Source of the DNA: Psilocybe cubensis
Taxonomy: Eukaryota
DNA length: 64,000 nt
Reading direction: 5' to 3'
NCBI GenBank assembly: GCA_017499595.2
Contig: CM039003.1
Location: 1,674,001-1,738,000, forward strand
Shown here piece by piece: positions 28,458 through 42,263 of the stretch. Below the pieces are notes generated by a model that was given only the letters and a program-made list of their open reading frames with translations, did not search any database and was not told the origin of the DNA. Each line of letters begins with the position of its first letter. Within the stretch, counting starts at the first letter, position 1. A program made the position numbers and the translations under genes.

Positions 28458-29579
28458 CTAACGAGTGTCAGATAATGGAAACTTAGGGTTTCTTCTCCGA
28501 AGGAATCGTCTTCCGAGGACATACGCAACAGAAGCCACCGCCACGACGCCCACGATCGTGCCAATTGCAATGCCAACTTTAGCCCGCGCATTAAGAGATT
28601 TGTCAGAGTGCGTGGAGAAAGAGGGTGAGGCATTGGCCGGGACAGAAGCAATGCTATTAAATGATGCATTGTATGTGATGAGATCGATGCCCAAGGCTGC
28701 AGGCGCTTGAATGTCGGTGATATTGATAATAAGTGTATGAATTCCCGGCTGGACATCAGCGTGGAATAAATTAATCATGGGAACAGTATCGAGCGTTCCC
28801 CGAGGAAGCGCTGCTGCTTTTGTTACGCCGTCGATGGTGTAGGTGGCCGTGATGTTTCCTCCCGAAGAGATGTTCGACGCAATTCCGAACACAGATACAG
28901 AAGAGCCTGAAATAGGAACAATCAGAATTGGCGCCGAGGGAGACTTAGCACATGAACATAATCTATATTTCACCTTCAAACTGAAGTTGGAGAGAATCGC
29001 CAACAGTGGAAGTCCAATGAACGGTATCTCGATATAAGGAAAGGGAAGAATCCGTGCCAGCTGGGGTATGAGGTGCATTTGACCAGCTTCCAGAATAGAA
29101 AATAGAGCTATCTGCATCATCTACAGCAAGAGTGTGATCCTTGAGTGTTGTCGATTTTCCTGCTGCAACTGTCAGATAATCGAAGGCTGGGGGCGACGTG
29201 CTTGTGCCAATAGCATAGGTAACGGTATGTTTTCCATCACGCAAGGTGGGCGAGTCATAAGACCCGGTACCCGATTGAGGAATAAATTCGCCGTCATCGA
29301 TCTTTACAGAATAGCTTGCATCAGCTGTGGCGATGGCAGTAGCAACGTGGACTCCAGTTCCTGTATTAGACACTCAAAAGTGAGAAGAGTTGTATCATGC
29401 ATTAATGTTCTCTGACCATAGAATGTGTACTGGAACCAGCCTTTGGCGCATGATTCATCCTGTACACTCGACCAGGTGTTATTATAATAGGATCCCGAAA
29501 CACGTTGGTGGATAGAAGGGCATAAATATTGAATTTGAGGGTCTTGGTCGTCAATGAACAAAGTGATGCCCTGGGTCAT
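28458..29579 (-). CDS. Agaricomycete-type single-pass membrane protein with two tandem beta-rich 'DDxD..IxY' repeats
   Basis: Repeat 1 FIDDQDPQIQY...QYTFYGTGVHV. Repeat 2 AVDDADSSIFYSGSW...LQFEGSSVSVFG. TM segment VGIAIGTIVGVVAVASVAYVL followed by RRFLRRR. Confidence 0.75.
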
Positions 29580-30159
29580 GGTCAAAGGATAGGCCTGAGA
29601 ACTAAAAGAAGGGAAGGGGCAGCTATATTGGCCGCGAATGACTGATGTCAGAGGTGAAGAGTGGGACGGAAAGAAGCCTGGGCATCGTCCATGAAGAGTA
29701 TGTCATTTATGAACAAATGGCGGCCTCCGAGCAACACCGAGAATGAAAGAACCGTGTGAATCGTGTTACAGCCTTGACACCGGCGGAAATGCGCCCTCTT
29801 GCGTTACTTAGTGTCCTTTCAGTAAGTAGATGCCTTCAGGGATGAGATAGCTTCGCCAACTGGCGCCCGAGGTCAAGGAGCCTGGAGGCCCTCAATCGTG
29901 ATCAATGCGGTATCAAAGAAGTCAAAGTTGCCGAGGCCTGACTCGCGCGACTCATGTTATTCGCCGTCCTTCAAGCAGTTCCACCACAAACAACAACCGT
30001 CGCTTTACTTCTTTAAGTCCGCTCTGTCATAAGACCCACCAGACTCATAACTAGGGGTTCACCATCTACAACTTATTTTAGTTGGATCACTAGTCCTGCA
30101 CGTTTGCACCCTTCGAGGTTTGACCCCACAAGCGGGGTTCCCGGTCGCGTTCCGTAAAC

Positions 30160-30511
30160 ATGTCACTTGCAAAATCTGGTCTTCAGAAAGAGGTCCTGCA
30201 TCTATACCGTAGGCGAGTAATACAATCATATACATTCCTAAGACACTTAATATTCTAAATATTGTACATATAGAGCACTTCGAATTGTGAAAACTAAGCC
30301 TGAGCATGTCAGATCGAAATTCAGAGTCTACATTCAGTATACATTCCACGCAAATGCGCGCAAAGTCTCTCCGCGGAATGTTAGCATGGTGGAACATTTG
30401 CTTCGACAGGGTCGCAAGCAGGTCGAGCAATTCGAGGAGCCGGGAGTGAAGGATTGTTTTGTGTCCCAAGACATGTCGGAATGGAGTAGACAGAGGCGTG
30501 GGCAACAGTAA
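30160..30511 (+). CDS. SDH6: LYR-motif succinate dehydrogenase assembly factor 1 (Sdh6/SDHAF1)
   Basis: SGLQKEVLHLYRR(intron)ALR...VEHLLRQGRKQVE. Two exons. Confidence 0.85.
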
Positions 30512-30664
30512 ATTAAACTCATACTTTCACCAACAAAACATGTTAGGTCCTGCCAATATGCTCATTTTCCAACCACTTTCTTGAAGCCAACTTGAACCTG
30601 TGAAGAGTAAAGTAGGTATGGAATAACCGCATGGTTTAGAGAGGGTAGTATAAGTATGATATTA

Positions 30665-31418
30665 TTAGAGTTTTGGTTGTGACCGATACTGCACGACTTT
30701 GAGATCCTCTTCATCGTACTGCAGTTTATCCGCTTCGATGGCCTTCGCGACTTCAACAGCATGTGCGTGGTCCTTCTCGGCTATTGCACGAGCTCCTTCG
30801 TAAGCTAGTCGTCGTTCGTTTAACACCAGTTTAATTCGTGCCATTGTTTTACGACACTGAAAGAAAGGTTCATTCACTAATGCAAACCGTTAACGAGCCC
30901 CCAAACTTACGTGTCGCACTTTAGCCATTGGGACCTGTAAGTCGACATGGCTGACCCCCATCCTCCGTACCTCTTCTTTTTGCGTGGCCAATAGATTCTT
31001 TTCGCGCAGGCAAACGTACCACAGGGTATGCAAGTCCTTGAAGCTTTTGTTTCGCAGCTCAGAAGCTTCCCAAGCACGCCCTGAAACGACGAATTATAGA
31101 TACTGATTGGTATGCGCACAGGATGGACATACCCGAAAGCAGTTGGCCGTTCTCTGGTGTTTCGAACACTTCGTATCTTTCCTCTCCAGTCAAATTATCT
31201 GAATTAGGCTGTCTCCTAAAGAAACCGTATAAGCCATGGTCTTCGCGAACGGCAACCTTGACGAATGAATTTTCTTTCGGAGGTGGTGGGGCAGGTTCCT
31301 TCTTTCTGCGTCTCGAGGGACCGGCCACGTTAGATTGCTTCAAGTTGACGACTTGAGCCAATGATCGTGTCAGGGGGCGTGAAGCCTGCCTTGAGGCATT
31401 CTTTGTAAGAGAAAGCAT
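30665..31418 (-). CDS. MRPL4: Mitochondrial ribosomal protein uL29m (MrpL4/MRPL47)
   Basis: [52 protein letters not shown]. Confidence 0.92.
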
Positions 31419-31694
31419 TGACCAAAGGCGAAGGTGTGGAATTGGCCTTTCTACAGAAAATTAATAACTATAGGGTCAACAGACCCAGTTGGACTGTTTG
31501 ACTATGAGGCTGTCGCCAAATAAAACTTCCCGCGTCTCGCGTTTGATGGGAATACTGTCGATCGCGACTCACTTGCCGTGACTCACCCCAATTCATTAAC
31601 CAACTCTTACAGCGCTCCATCTTTCATTGTAAGCCACCATTACCGAAAGCTGGTCCTTTTGGCTAGTTCTTGTTGAGGAATCCTCTTTTGACCA

Positions 31695-34600
31695 ATGGCT
31701 CACCTCAACAAATTGGCTATTCGTGGGATTCGATCCTTTGACGACAAACAAATAGCCATCATCGAATTCTTCTCTCCAGTAACAGTCATCGTTGGTCATA
31801 ACGGAAGCGGGAAGACCACAATCATCGAATGCTTGAAATATGCGACAACAGGTGATCAGCCACCTAACACAAGAGGAGGTGCCTTTATTCACGACCCAAA
31901 GATGGCGAACGAGAAAGAGGTGAAAGCTCAGGTCAAGTTGCGCTTTCATGCTGCCAATGGCACACGTATGTTGGCTGTGAGGAATCTGAGTGTAACAGTT
32001 AAGAAAACAGCAGGCTTGACTATGAAAACACTTGAAAGTATCCTTGCTATAGCCGATGGAAATGCAGAAAGAGGCGGCAAGGTAACTTTACTTAGTACTA
32101 TCGTCAGTAGTTTACTGACCTCACTTTCCATAGCGCGGGGTTATATCCACTAAATGTGCGGAAATGGATACTGAGATACCTCAGTTATTGGGTGTCTCCA
32201 AGGCCGTACTTGAGAATGTCATATTCTGCCATCAGGAAGACTCATACTGGCCCCTTGCAGAGCCTGCTGCCTTGAAGAAGAAATTCGATGACATTTTTGA
32301 GGCTACAAGGCACGTAAAACTTGCTACCTTCCTAACATATGACTAAATGACTTGCAGATATACCAAAGCCTTGGACTCGATCAAGAGTCTCCGGAAGGAC
32401 CGGATGGCAGAGCTCAAAGCGGAGAAAGAACGTCTGGTTTCTCTTTCAAGAGAAAAGGCTCATGCAGATAAATTAAAGGAACGCATTTCAGAGCTCAAAT
32501 CTAATATAGCCGCCAAGGAAGTCGAGTATGAGGAGACTAAACAGGAATATGATACGCTTGTTGAATCGAATAAGAAGTTCCGCGATCTATACGAAAACTT
32601 CAGGGAGACGTATATGCGGGTAGAGAGTTTGCAACAAAATAAGGCGTTGCAAATGCAATACTTAGAGGACCTCAAGCTAAAATATCGCGCAGTTCCTGGT
32701 AACAGAAGTCCAACTATACTTTTGAAAGGTTTCTGACACTTCGACAGGCACTCTGGAGGAACTTGAAACACGTGCAAATCAATTTCAGCAAAGGATCGAA
32801 CAGCAGAAGGAAAAAAGAAAAGCTGAACTACGCAATAAGGAAGAACTTGAAGAAGAGGTGAACTCTGTCCAGGCCACTCAAAGAGACCTTTTTACACAAC
32901 AAGGTAGACTCGAAGCTGAAGCTGAGGTGAATCCTGTATATATATTCTTTCAATCGTCAATTAATTGTCCGATGTCAGGAACAAAGAAAAAGAATCAATC
33001 TACGAGAAAAGGCCATTCACGAAATAGCTGAGGCGCACCGGATCAAAGGCTTTAGCCAGTCTCCTCTTGAACGGGAGCAAGTGCTTAATTTCTTGTCTAA
33101 ATTGGGTGATGTTCAACGGGTATCTCAAAACGATTTTGAGAAATTGCAGGTGCGATTGTTATTTCTAGGAATCTCTTCGCTACATCCCGTAATTTGCATA
33201 ATTAGAGCGACCTAAAGTTAAAAGAAGAAGAGTATCACACCAAACTAAGAAAGCTGGATAATGAGCTTGCTAGCCACAAGTCACAGCAGGAACGGCTTCG
33301 GGAGCAAACTGTAAGAGTTCAAAATTTCAAAAAGCCTTATAAAATCTAACCCAAATTCAGATCCAAAACAATGATAAAGTTAAAAAGATCGAAAGAACCC
33401 TAGGCAACATGGAGGACCTGCCAACAAAAATGCGTGTTCTCCAAGCCAATCTCCACGACAAGACAAGTCGCCTTCAAACGGCAAAATCAACCATGGACTC
33501 TTCCAATTTCGAAGCCCGCATGGCTGAATTAGCTGACGGGCGTCGTAGACTTGAGGATGAACGCGACAAACTCAATAACGAGCTCCAAGGTCTTACTTTA
33601 CAGGCAGAATCAAGAGCGAAACTTGAATTGAAGCGCGGGGAAATCAACACCAAGACTGTGGAAATCGAATCAATGTACGTATCGCTCTGGTCATATCCTT
33701 GCAAGGTCGTCTAACGGTTAAATAGTGCTGATTACATTGTCACTAAACTCAACAATGTGGCGTCTCTTGACGTCACTGCAAACGATATTGAATCACAATT
33801 AAATAAACTGGTTTCGTTAGTCTTCTTTTTCTAAGTACAAGTGTATATATCTCATTGATCAACATCAACATAGAGCCGCAGAGGATGAACAAAAAAGGCT
33901 AGAGAAAATATATAAAGATGCCCAGAGCCAGTTGCAAATGTCCGATGCTGCAATAACGAATTTCAAAGAGGAGCTGGACGGCAAAATAAACGATGCAAAG
34001 AGTATACTTCTTTTTGTATCATCGCTGATTCTTATTCAATCCGCATTTTAGTTTTGGAAGCCAACGTTAAGAAGCGAACTTTCCTAGGAGGCGCCAAAAA
34101 TTTGGATGATGCTATTGACTATGCGAGCCACTTACTGCAACGCTTAAAAGTGTATGTCAATGGCCAGTTTAAACAGCTTCGAATGTGCTTCACTAGAAAA
34201 ATGCAGGCAAAAGGGCCAACTTCTGGGATCAAGCAAATTATACGAACAGCTTCTGGAAGACGCGAAAACGACGAACGCATGCACAGCTTGTCGGCGGAAG
34301 TTCAAGGACCGTACAGAGCTCGAAGTTTTTAAACAAGAGGTGTGTCATTTTTGGTTCATTGAGTTTACGCGACTAAAAAGGTGACAAAAACAGCTAGACA
34401 CGCTGATGAAGGCGGGTCAGACCGAGAGTCTTGACGATGTCAACGAATCACTTGAGGATTGGCAGGCTGAACTCAACTCACTTCAAGGTTTGCGTACAAG
34501 GCAAATCCAAGCCGAGGAAATTCGAGCCAAAGATATACCGGATCTCGAAAAGAAGATGGCCAAGATTGAGACGGTGGTTCCAGAGCAACGGGCAGCGATT

Positions 34601-36801
34601 GAGAAAGTGGGTCGTCTTTTTATATTTATCTTCTTTGCGGTCGAACCTGTTGTTTGTTTAAAAGGTTGGCGAAGAGCTGGAGATGATCAAAACTAAGCTC
34701 AAAGAAATTATCGCCTGCAACCAACAGGCCGCTTCCATGAGCCGCCTGCGTAAAGAAGTCGACAGAGCGAAGCAAGAGGTTGAACAACTCGAGAAAGAAT
34801 TGACAAGAACTGGCTCCACAAAAACTGCGGACGACGTAAAGGGTGAACTCACTCGAATAACCGACGATTTGTGAGTAAATATATCCATTATGATATTTTT
34901 AGTTTTGACTTTGTTACTATAATTAGACGAAAGAACGAAAGAGAAAACAAGAATATCAGTCTTGAATTTGATCGACAGTCGCGTCAATGCCGCGACTACG
35001 AGAATGAAATACATCAAATGCAACTTGACGAACGTGATCTATCCAGCAAGCTTCAAGAAAAAGAAAGGCTCGAAGAAGAAGTAGAACGATTGAAACGAGG
35101 CAATGGAACCTATGCCACGCAGATCAAAGTAAGCATCCTTACTCCCAATTAGCCCTAGCTTCTAATTCTGACTTCTATTGTGTAGGAGATTGACGGAAAA
35201 ATCTCTGAGGCACAAGCCCCGATACTAGCTCTCCAAGAAGGACATCAACGCATTCAACGTGACTTGAACACCAAAATCGGAGAAGCGCAGCGACGTTTCG
35301 AGGAGCTCAACAGATCCATGGACAAGTTGGTTGACATGAACAAGAATGCGGAAAGGTATGAGGCTTGGTTTGCGGATATTACTACTCAACGGAAAATTCT
35401 AATCATTTTTAAGATATGTAAAAGAGAAGAAAGCTCGCGCTCTAGAAGAATGTTCTTCGAGTCTTGAGCAGTGCGAGATTCGACTCAATGAAATCCATAC
35501 CCAAATTGAAGGTTCTCGTGAGCTTATAGCCAGTATCGACAAGGAAATCAACGAAAGCGGAGCAACCGAATCAAATCTTCGGGATAACATACAAGTACAG
35601 AAGCTGACAAGGGATATCGCGAAAACTCAGGCGGAGATTGACTCTTATGATATGGAGGAAGCTGCTAAGGCCCGGAGAAACTACGAAGATAAATATGAAC
35701 CCACCAAGCGGAAAGAGGTTAAGTTGTCCGAAACGGTCTGTTCCTCTCTTTTTCTCCCCTTCTCCACAGACATTGACCTCTACACCCAAATCTCTTCAGG
35801 TTCACCAACTTACAGGTGAACTAGGCACTCTCAAGGCACAATCGAAAACCCTCGACAACGACCTCAAGGAGTATAAAGATGTATATAAAAACTACACGGA
35901 TCAGCTCATACGAGTCAAGGTATTTGAAAAACGCCTTAATTATGTGGGATATTGAAATCAATTCTTGTAGGTGTCCGACATGGCGAACAACGATCTGGAA
36001 AAGTACGCTAAAGCATTAGACAAGTATGTGACCTTTCTTTTCCGACGGAACGCCTCCTTATCGCAACACATAGTGCCATTATGAAGTATCATGGCCTCAA
36101 GATGGAAGAAGTCAACGACACCATGAAGCATCTGTGGAACAAAACCTACCAAGGAACAGGTGTGTAGAAACATCGGCCCGCGTATATCTCCAATTAACAC
36201 ATGATCCATAGATATAGACGGGATTAAAATACGATCTGACGTCGAAGGCGGCGCTTCCAAACGTTCCTATAATTATCGGGTGCGTGATCTCACCTTCCTT
36301 TAGACATCTCCGTAATCCTAGGAATACAGGTGGTTATGACCAAGGATCAAGTCGAAATGGACATGCGTGGCCGATGTTCTGCCGGACAGAAGATGCTAGC
36401 CTCCATAATCATCAGGCTTGCCTTGTCGGATTCATTTGGCCAAAATTGCGGTATACTTGCCCTTGATGAGCCTACTAACGCCCTTGACACCGAAAACATT
36501 GATGCCCTCGCGGCCAGCTTGGTGGAGTAAGCCCGTGTTGTTTTCTTAAAATTCCGCGTGCATGGATTTACTCTTACCTCTTAGCATAATCAACGAGCGA
36601 AAAACCCACTCAAATTTCCAACTCATCGTCATCACCCATGATGAAAACTTTCTGCGAAAACTCGGACAAAGCGATGTTATGGAATATTACTGGTTTGCTT
36701 GCGCATTTACACATTGACTTCTACTAACTCTCTGCTATGTCAGGCGGGTGGCTCGAGATTCCAGACAGAAATCTGTGATTGAGCGGCATCGGTTTAGATA
36801 A
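31695..36801 (+). CDS. RAD50: DNA repair protein Rad50
   Basis: GIRSF, Walker [11 protein letters not shown]-loop IFCHQEDS, long coiled coil, Zn hook CTAC, signature CSAGQK, Walker B/D-loop [12 protein letters not shown]-loop IVITHDE. Confidence 0.98.
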
Positions 36802-37949
36802 CAGTACGACCCTTGTTTCTGTTCATATTCATTCACCCAAATATTTCAATCGATTTCTTTTCGGAGCTACCCGGTCATGATCTTTTCACGAGATTCGTTT
36901 CCAGTAATGTGGGCTACTAAACCTCCGAAGGTGTGGGGAACCTTGGCATGTATTCGTCCCAGAGCTTGGCATGCATACTAAATATCTGAGAAGAGATACA
37001 CGCCAGATTTGCGACGGTTTGTGTCATCGTGGTAAAGTTGGACCAACCGCTCGCAACCACCAACCTTCGGGTCGGTTTCAAAGTATGTGACCTATTTATA
37101 GTAATGTGCGAGTTGGGCTGATAATTATGTTCACCTTATGCAAAATTCTTTGCTTAAAGGCATGTGCATTAACACACGTATATTAGTTCAAGGTGTTCTA
37201 TACCTCGTGCTACAAGTTTCAACCTCATTCTTCCGAAGTTCGCAAAGACAACTATCCGAAGTTTATGGGGTTTTCTTATCTATTTTGGTCACCCCAGTCG
37301 CCTGTTGTCCGAGAGGGTTGATTGGATAACGCCTGACCGCGACCTTAGCTATGTCTAAATATAGACGTATCGATCGTGGGACGGAATGGCCGCCAATGGC
37401 CACCTGTTGTTCAAGGAGATGCGTACCAAGCAATAATCATCACCGACGCACTTACGGTCGTGTTGGACACTTCTCCTTTTCTGTTTGGATCTACCTTCTT
37501 CAAAGTTCGCACTCGGAATTGAACTCGGTGACTATTTGCTCTTGATACGTCTGGCAGTGCGATCTTGGCAGGCTCCCGCTAAACTATTACGCAGCCGCCT
37601 ACTGCTTATTCTAATCGTGTTCTCTGTCTGGACCGGCTCCATGTGGGGTTCATTCAGGAATCCAACGAAAGAACTCGCGCGCCCTCAAGCTCTGCCTTAG
37701 ATCCTATGATTGTTTCTCGTGGCGTCTCGTCATTCGTTATTTTTGTCGCAAATTGGCCATAGATGCCATCTGAGTCAACTAATGGATCTCTCTTTCTGAC
37801 GGTTGTTTTTCGGAGTGCTTTCATGGATCCTCAACAATGGCGTGGCTGCATTATGTCAAGTCACCTTGGCTGGTCGCTTTTGGCGTAGGTTTATAAGATG
37901 TCGATAATTATTATGTTTCCACAATCCGCATCCCCAAAGTTGACTTGCA

Positions 37950-40900
37950 ATGCATCCTCAAGTGTCAACTCGCGATCCACTTCGTGATCTTCCTCCTTCC
38001 GACAAAGCCTTATTCGTCGAATTCGGCGTTGGACCTACAGTTCCCTCCCCGTTCCAATGCGTTCACCACGCCTTTGAATCTCATGCTCGCTCTCAACCTG
38101 ATGCCATCGCAGTTGAAGACTTCGAGCACACAATCACGTATTCCGAGCTAGACCGTCGAGCCAACTGTCTGGCCAGCCGCCTCCAGGACATCGGAGTTGT
38201 TCTTGACTCTCGCATCTGCTTCTTAGCAGAACGATCCATCGACATGGTCGTAGGCATCCTGGGGATTTTGAAAGCTGGCGCTGCTTATGTTCCATTGGAT
38301 GGCAACATCGTCTCTGACAGTACTTTGAAGCATGCATTACGCGGTTCGGGAACATCAGTTGTTCTTGTTCTCCAGAAATTTGCACATCGCGTAGAAGGTC
38401 GCCAAACGATCTGTCTCGAAGAAATAATTTGCAAGGAGTCTAACTCTCACTGCACCAAACCTAAAGATCTATCGACATCCAAACATGGTGTGTACGTCAT
38501 TTATACCAGTGGTGAGTTCTAACTATATCCGTCTGAATATCCTCGTCTAACTCAAACCAACAGGAACCACAGGTGTACCAAAAGGTGTCGACGTGACACA
38601 CGGAAACGCCACAAACTGTATGTATTGGCTCGATACTAACCTGATTAGAATCTGATAATAATTTTCTATTGATCTAGTGCTCTGTCTCGCACCCGGAAAT
38701 TTGGGAATGCGACCTGGACTTCGAGTTTCCCAACTCATGAATATTTCCTTTGACATGGCAGCCTGGGTAAATTGATCCGCAGTTTTTCGTAATCATCGTT
38801 CTCACAAAAGACATTCTATTCAGGAAATTCTTGGCAGTATGTGTAATGGCAGTACACTTTGCCTTAGGGGGAAAACATCCAAACAGTGGCGCGAAGTCAT
38901 GAAGCGAGTGGATATCGTTGTTGCGACTCCATCGATGCTTTCGCCTCATAAACCTTCTGATTATCCCAACATCAAGACAGTCGCTGTAGCTGGCGAACCC
39001 TGTCCCAAAGGCGCGTTTCATTTTTCTTCGAGAAGTATTCGCAAATTGACGCGTCGTTGGTTTAGCTCTGGCTGATGAATGGGCTCTCCAGGCCCAGTTC
39101 TATAACTCTTGTGGCCCAACAGAGGTGACTTTATCTTGCATCTTTATTTTTAGAGTGATAAATAATGTCATTTTCTCATAGATTACCATCGTGAATACTA
39201 TGCAAGATCATTCATCGGGAGAGTTTCTCACCATCGGCAAACCCACACCAAATAACACGGTTTATGTCCTTGACGATGATATGAAACCATTGCCGATTGG
39301 TGCAGTTGGAATTATGTGGGCTGGCGGTGCCGGGATAACCAGAGGATATGTTGATCTTCCTGAAAAAACTGCGGAGAGATACATGTTGGACCCTTTCACC
39401 AGAGACGGGTGAGAGTTATTACCTGATCTTCCAATTCATTATATCTGATATCATGCCCAAGAAAAATGATGTTCAACACAGGCGATCTTGGGTACGCTGA
39501 TTGCTTTCGCATGGGGTGTATAGCAAATTAAATGACCATTCTTTTAGTCGATGGCTTCCCAACGGGACCCTCGAACATCTTGGCCGCATTGATAACCAAG
39601 TTAAAATAAAAGTGAGTAAATCTTACAAGACATGAAGCCATATTTGCTCATCTTACACGTAGGGTTTTCGCGTCGAATTGGATGGCGTCGCCACTGCGAT
39701 GGAGGTGACATCCATGACATCACCTTCTTAACCATGGCACTCATTACTATTATTATTATTTAGACGTGCTCTGGAGTTCATGCTGCGGTCGCTATCCTCA
39801 TCGAAGGACAATTATGGGGCTTTGTTACTCCATCTGACGTTGCACCTGAAGACATTAAAGCTGCGGCTGCCAAGATACAACCATATTATGCGGTGCCCAC
39901 GAACATTCTTTGCATGGATTCATTCCCACACACTGCGTGAGATCTTTGCTTTCCTTTCTGTCTTTTCAATGCTTAATCCTAGATTAGTAACGGAAAGACA
40001 GACCGCAGAGAGTTGGAGAAGATGGCCCGATTGCATATGTCACCACCAGAAGTTGCCAAAGAATTGACCGTAAGCGCACGTCCGGACACCACCATTACTC
40101 CAGAGGTGGTTAAGACGCCAACAAAAGTCGACGCAATCACAGTGCCCATTGCTTCCTATCAACCTAACTCCAAAATCGAAGATCCCGAAGCTGTGCTCAG
40201 TCCAAGCTTCGGAAGCCCTGTTGAAGGCGCCGCCAGTGTGTCGGACCTTGGTTCAGAGGTATCTTCTCTTTCCGCAGCAAAACCAGAATATCCTTGGTCA
40301 GGATACCAAGATGATGTTATCCCATCGAAAACGCAAGGCAAACTCGTCCGTAATCTCCGCCACCAAATTTTCACACTTTATCGACGTCTTTTTGGAGTTG
40401 TTTTTATCACGAATATGGCCATTTTCATTTCAGTTATCTTCAAGGGAGCAAACGCTCAGCAAATTGCAACCATTGTCATCGCCAACCTTTTCTGTGCAAT
40501 TTTGATGCGTCAAGACTATGTTATCAACGCTTTTTTTAACACCTTTTGCGCTGTCCCTCCTTCGTACGTTTTCAAATTAGTCTTTTATGGTAATTCCCAA
40601 ATCAGGTTATTGACCCTGTGGCGCAGATGGCCCTTGGCAATTCGCCGCGTCTGTGCTCGTGTGTATCATATCGGTGGTTTGCACTCTGGATGCGCGACAT
40701 CAGGAGTAGTCTGGCTTGTCTTATTCACCGGACAGGCCACTAAGGAGATGGTGCAAGAACAAAAGGTCTGTCATTGTATCCCGTTCTTTTTCGTACTTTT
40801 TGTGTTGACTTTCCCAAAGATATCTATACCCACTATCGTCATCACATACTGCATTTTAACTTTATTGATTGGCATTGTTATTTTTGCCTACCCAACAATA

Positions 40901-41940
40901 CGGTCTAAGAAGCATAATACTTTCGAAAAAATGCATCGTTTCTTGGGATGGACTGCTACGGCTCTTGTGTGGTGCCAGGTTCGTTTCAGCGCGAAATACA
41001 CTGGCTTACGCGACTAACGAGCATCCAGTTTGTTCTTTTGACAAATGATTATAAAGAAGAGGGTCAACGACTTGGTATGGTTATGATCAAATCGCCCCCT
41101 TTCTGGTTGCTGGTAATTTTGACTGGTCAGTCTCACGATATCGTATTCATGCACCGTTACTAAAGATATACTGCAGGTTCCATTATCTTGCCATGGGTGC
41201 GACTTCGCAAAGTTCCAGTGAGAAGTGTTGTCCTGTCCAACCATGCTGTTCGCCTTTATTTCGATTACGGTAAGCTTACTGTACAACCTCACAAATGGTG
41301 GAGCATGCATCTAACTTGGCTTTAAAGTAACCCCTATCCCTGGCAGCTTCACCCGTATTTCCGACGATCCCCTCTTTGAGTGGCATGGATTCGCAACTGT
41401 GCCTGTTCCTGGAGAAAAGGGATATTCTTTGGTTGTCAGCAGAGCTGGAGATTGGACGGCTAAACAGATCCAAAACCCGCCCACACATTTGTGGGTGAGG
41501 GGCATTCCTACATTCGGGGTTCTTCGTATTGTTCCCCTCTTCCGCCGTCTCGTCTTTGTTGCCACCGGGTCAGGTATTGGGCCTTGTGCTCCTTGCATTT
41601 TGGAAAAACGCGTCCCGATCCGCCTTCTTTGGACTTCGCCCAATGTTCGCGAAACTTTCGGAGACGAATTCGTCGATGCTATAGTTGGTGCATCTCCTGA
41701 TGCCATGATATATGGTATGGTCTATTAATATCCACTATTCAGCACATTGTTCAATGGTTCAATCTGACAGATACACGCGCTCATGGAAAGCCTGACATGG
41801 TCAAGCTTACATATCGCCTCGTAAAAGAATTCAACGCCGAGGCAGTATGCGTTATCTCGAACCAGAAATTAACACAGAAGGTTGTGTACGGCATGATGAG
41901 TAGGGGAATTCCTGCCTTTGGCGCGATCTGGGACTCCTAG
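37950..41940 (+). CDS. NRPS-like adenylation domain fused to ferric-reductase-type TM and FAD/NAD(P)H-binding domains (NPS12-like architecture), no T domain seen
   Basis: A-domain cores TYSEL, LKAGAAYVPLD, YTSGTTGVPKG, FDMA, NSCGPTE, GAGITRGY, FNTGDLG, GRIDNQVKIKGFRVEL, NGKTDR. Then TM helices with HSG and FEKMHRFLGW, then EWHGFAT, GDWT, VATGSGIGP, terminal GAIWDS*. Confidence 0.9.
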
Positions 41941-42263
41941 ATCTCCAACAAGTTCGGTTTTTATCTGGATTCAAAGGGCCTCTGCGGTCTAAAGGCATGA
42001 ACAAACTGTATCAAGTTAGAACAACAGAAAAGTGGGAAGACCCTCGGAAAGTTCGAAAGGCAGAAACAATTTTTTGATATTTATTTCCTGTACATTAGGC
42101 TTTACTATTCAATAGCCGTCAACAATTGTAATTAACTTCAACAGAGCACTCTCTTGAATCATTTTTTATTCAAGTCAAATCTTGGTCAAATCTAAGTAAT
42201 CAACCTAATCATTGGTCAGGCAATTGATCCTAGTTTTGTCTACGAACGACAGTGGAGAGAATC

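Noticed and set aside
34270-34300. Rad50 zinc hook reads CTAC rather than CPxC
   Set aside because: Both Cys ligands are intact and CxxC variation is ordinary.
40660-40700. GGLHS in the NRPS-like protein as a thiolation-domain Ser motif
   Set aside because: It lies between hydrophobic TM helices of the reductase module. The spacing differs from GGxS and the His fits a heme ligand better.
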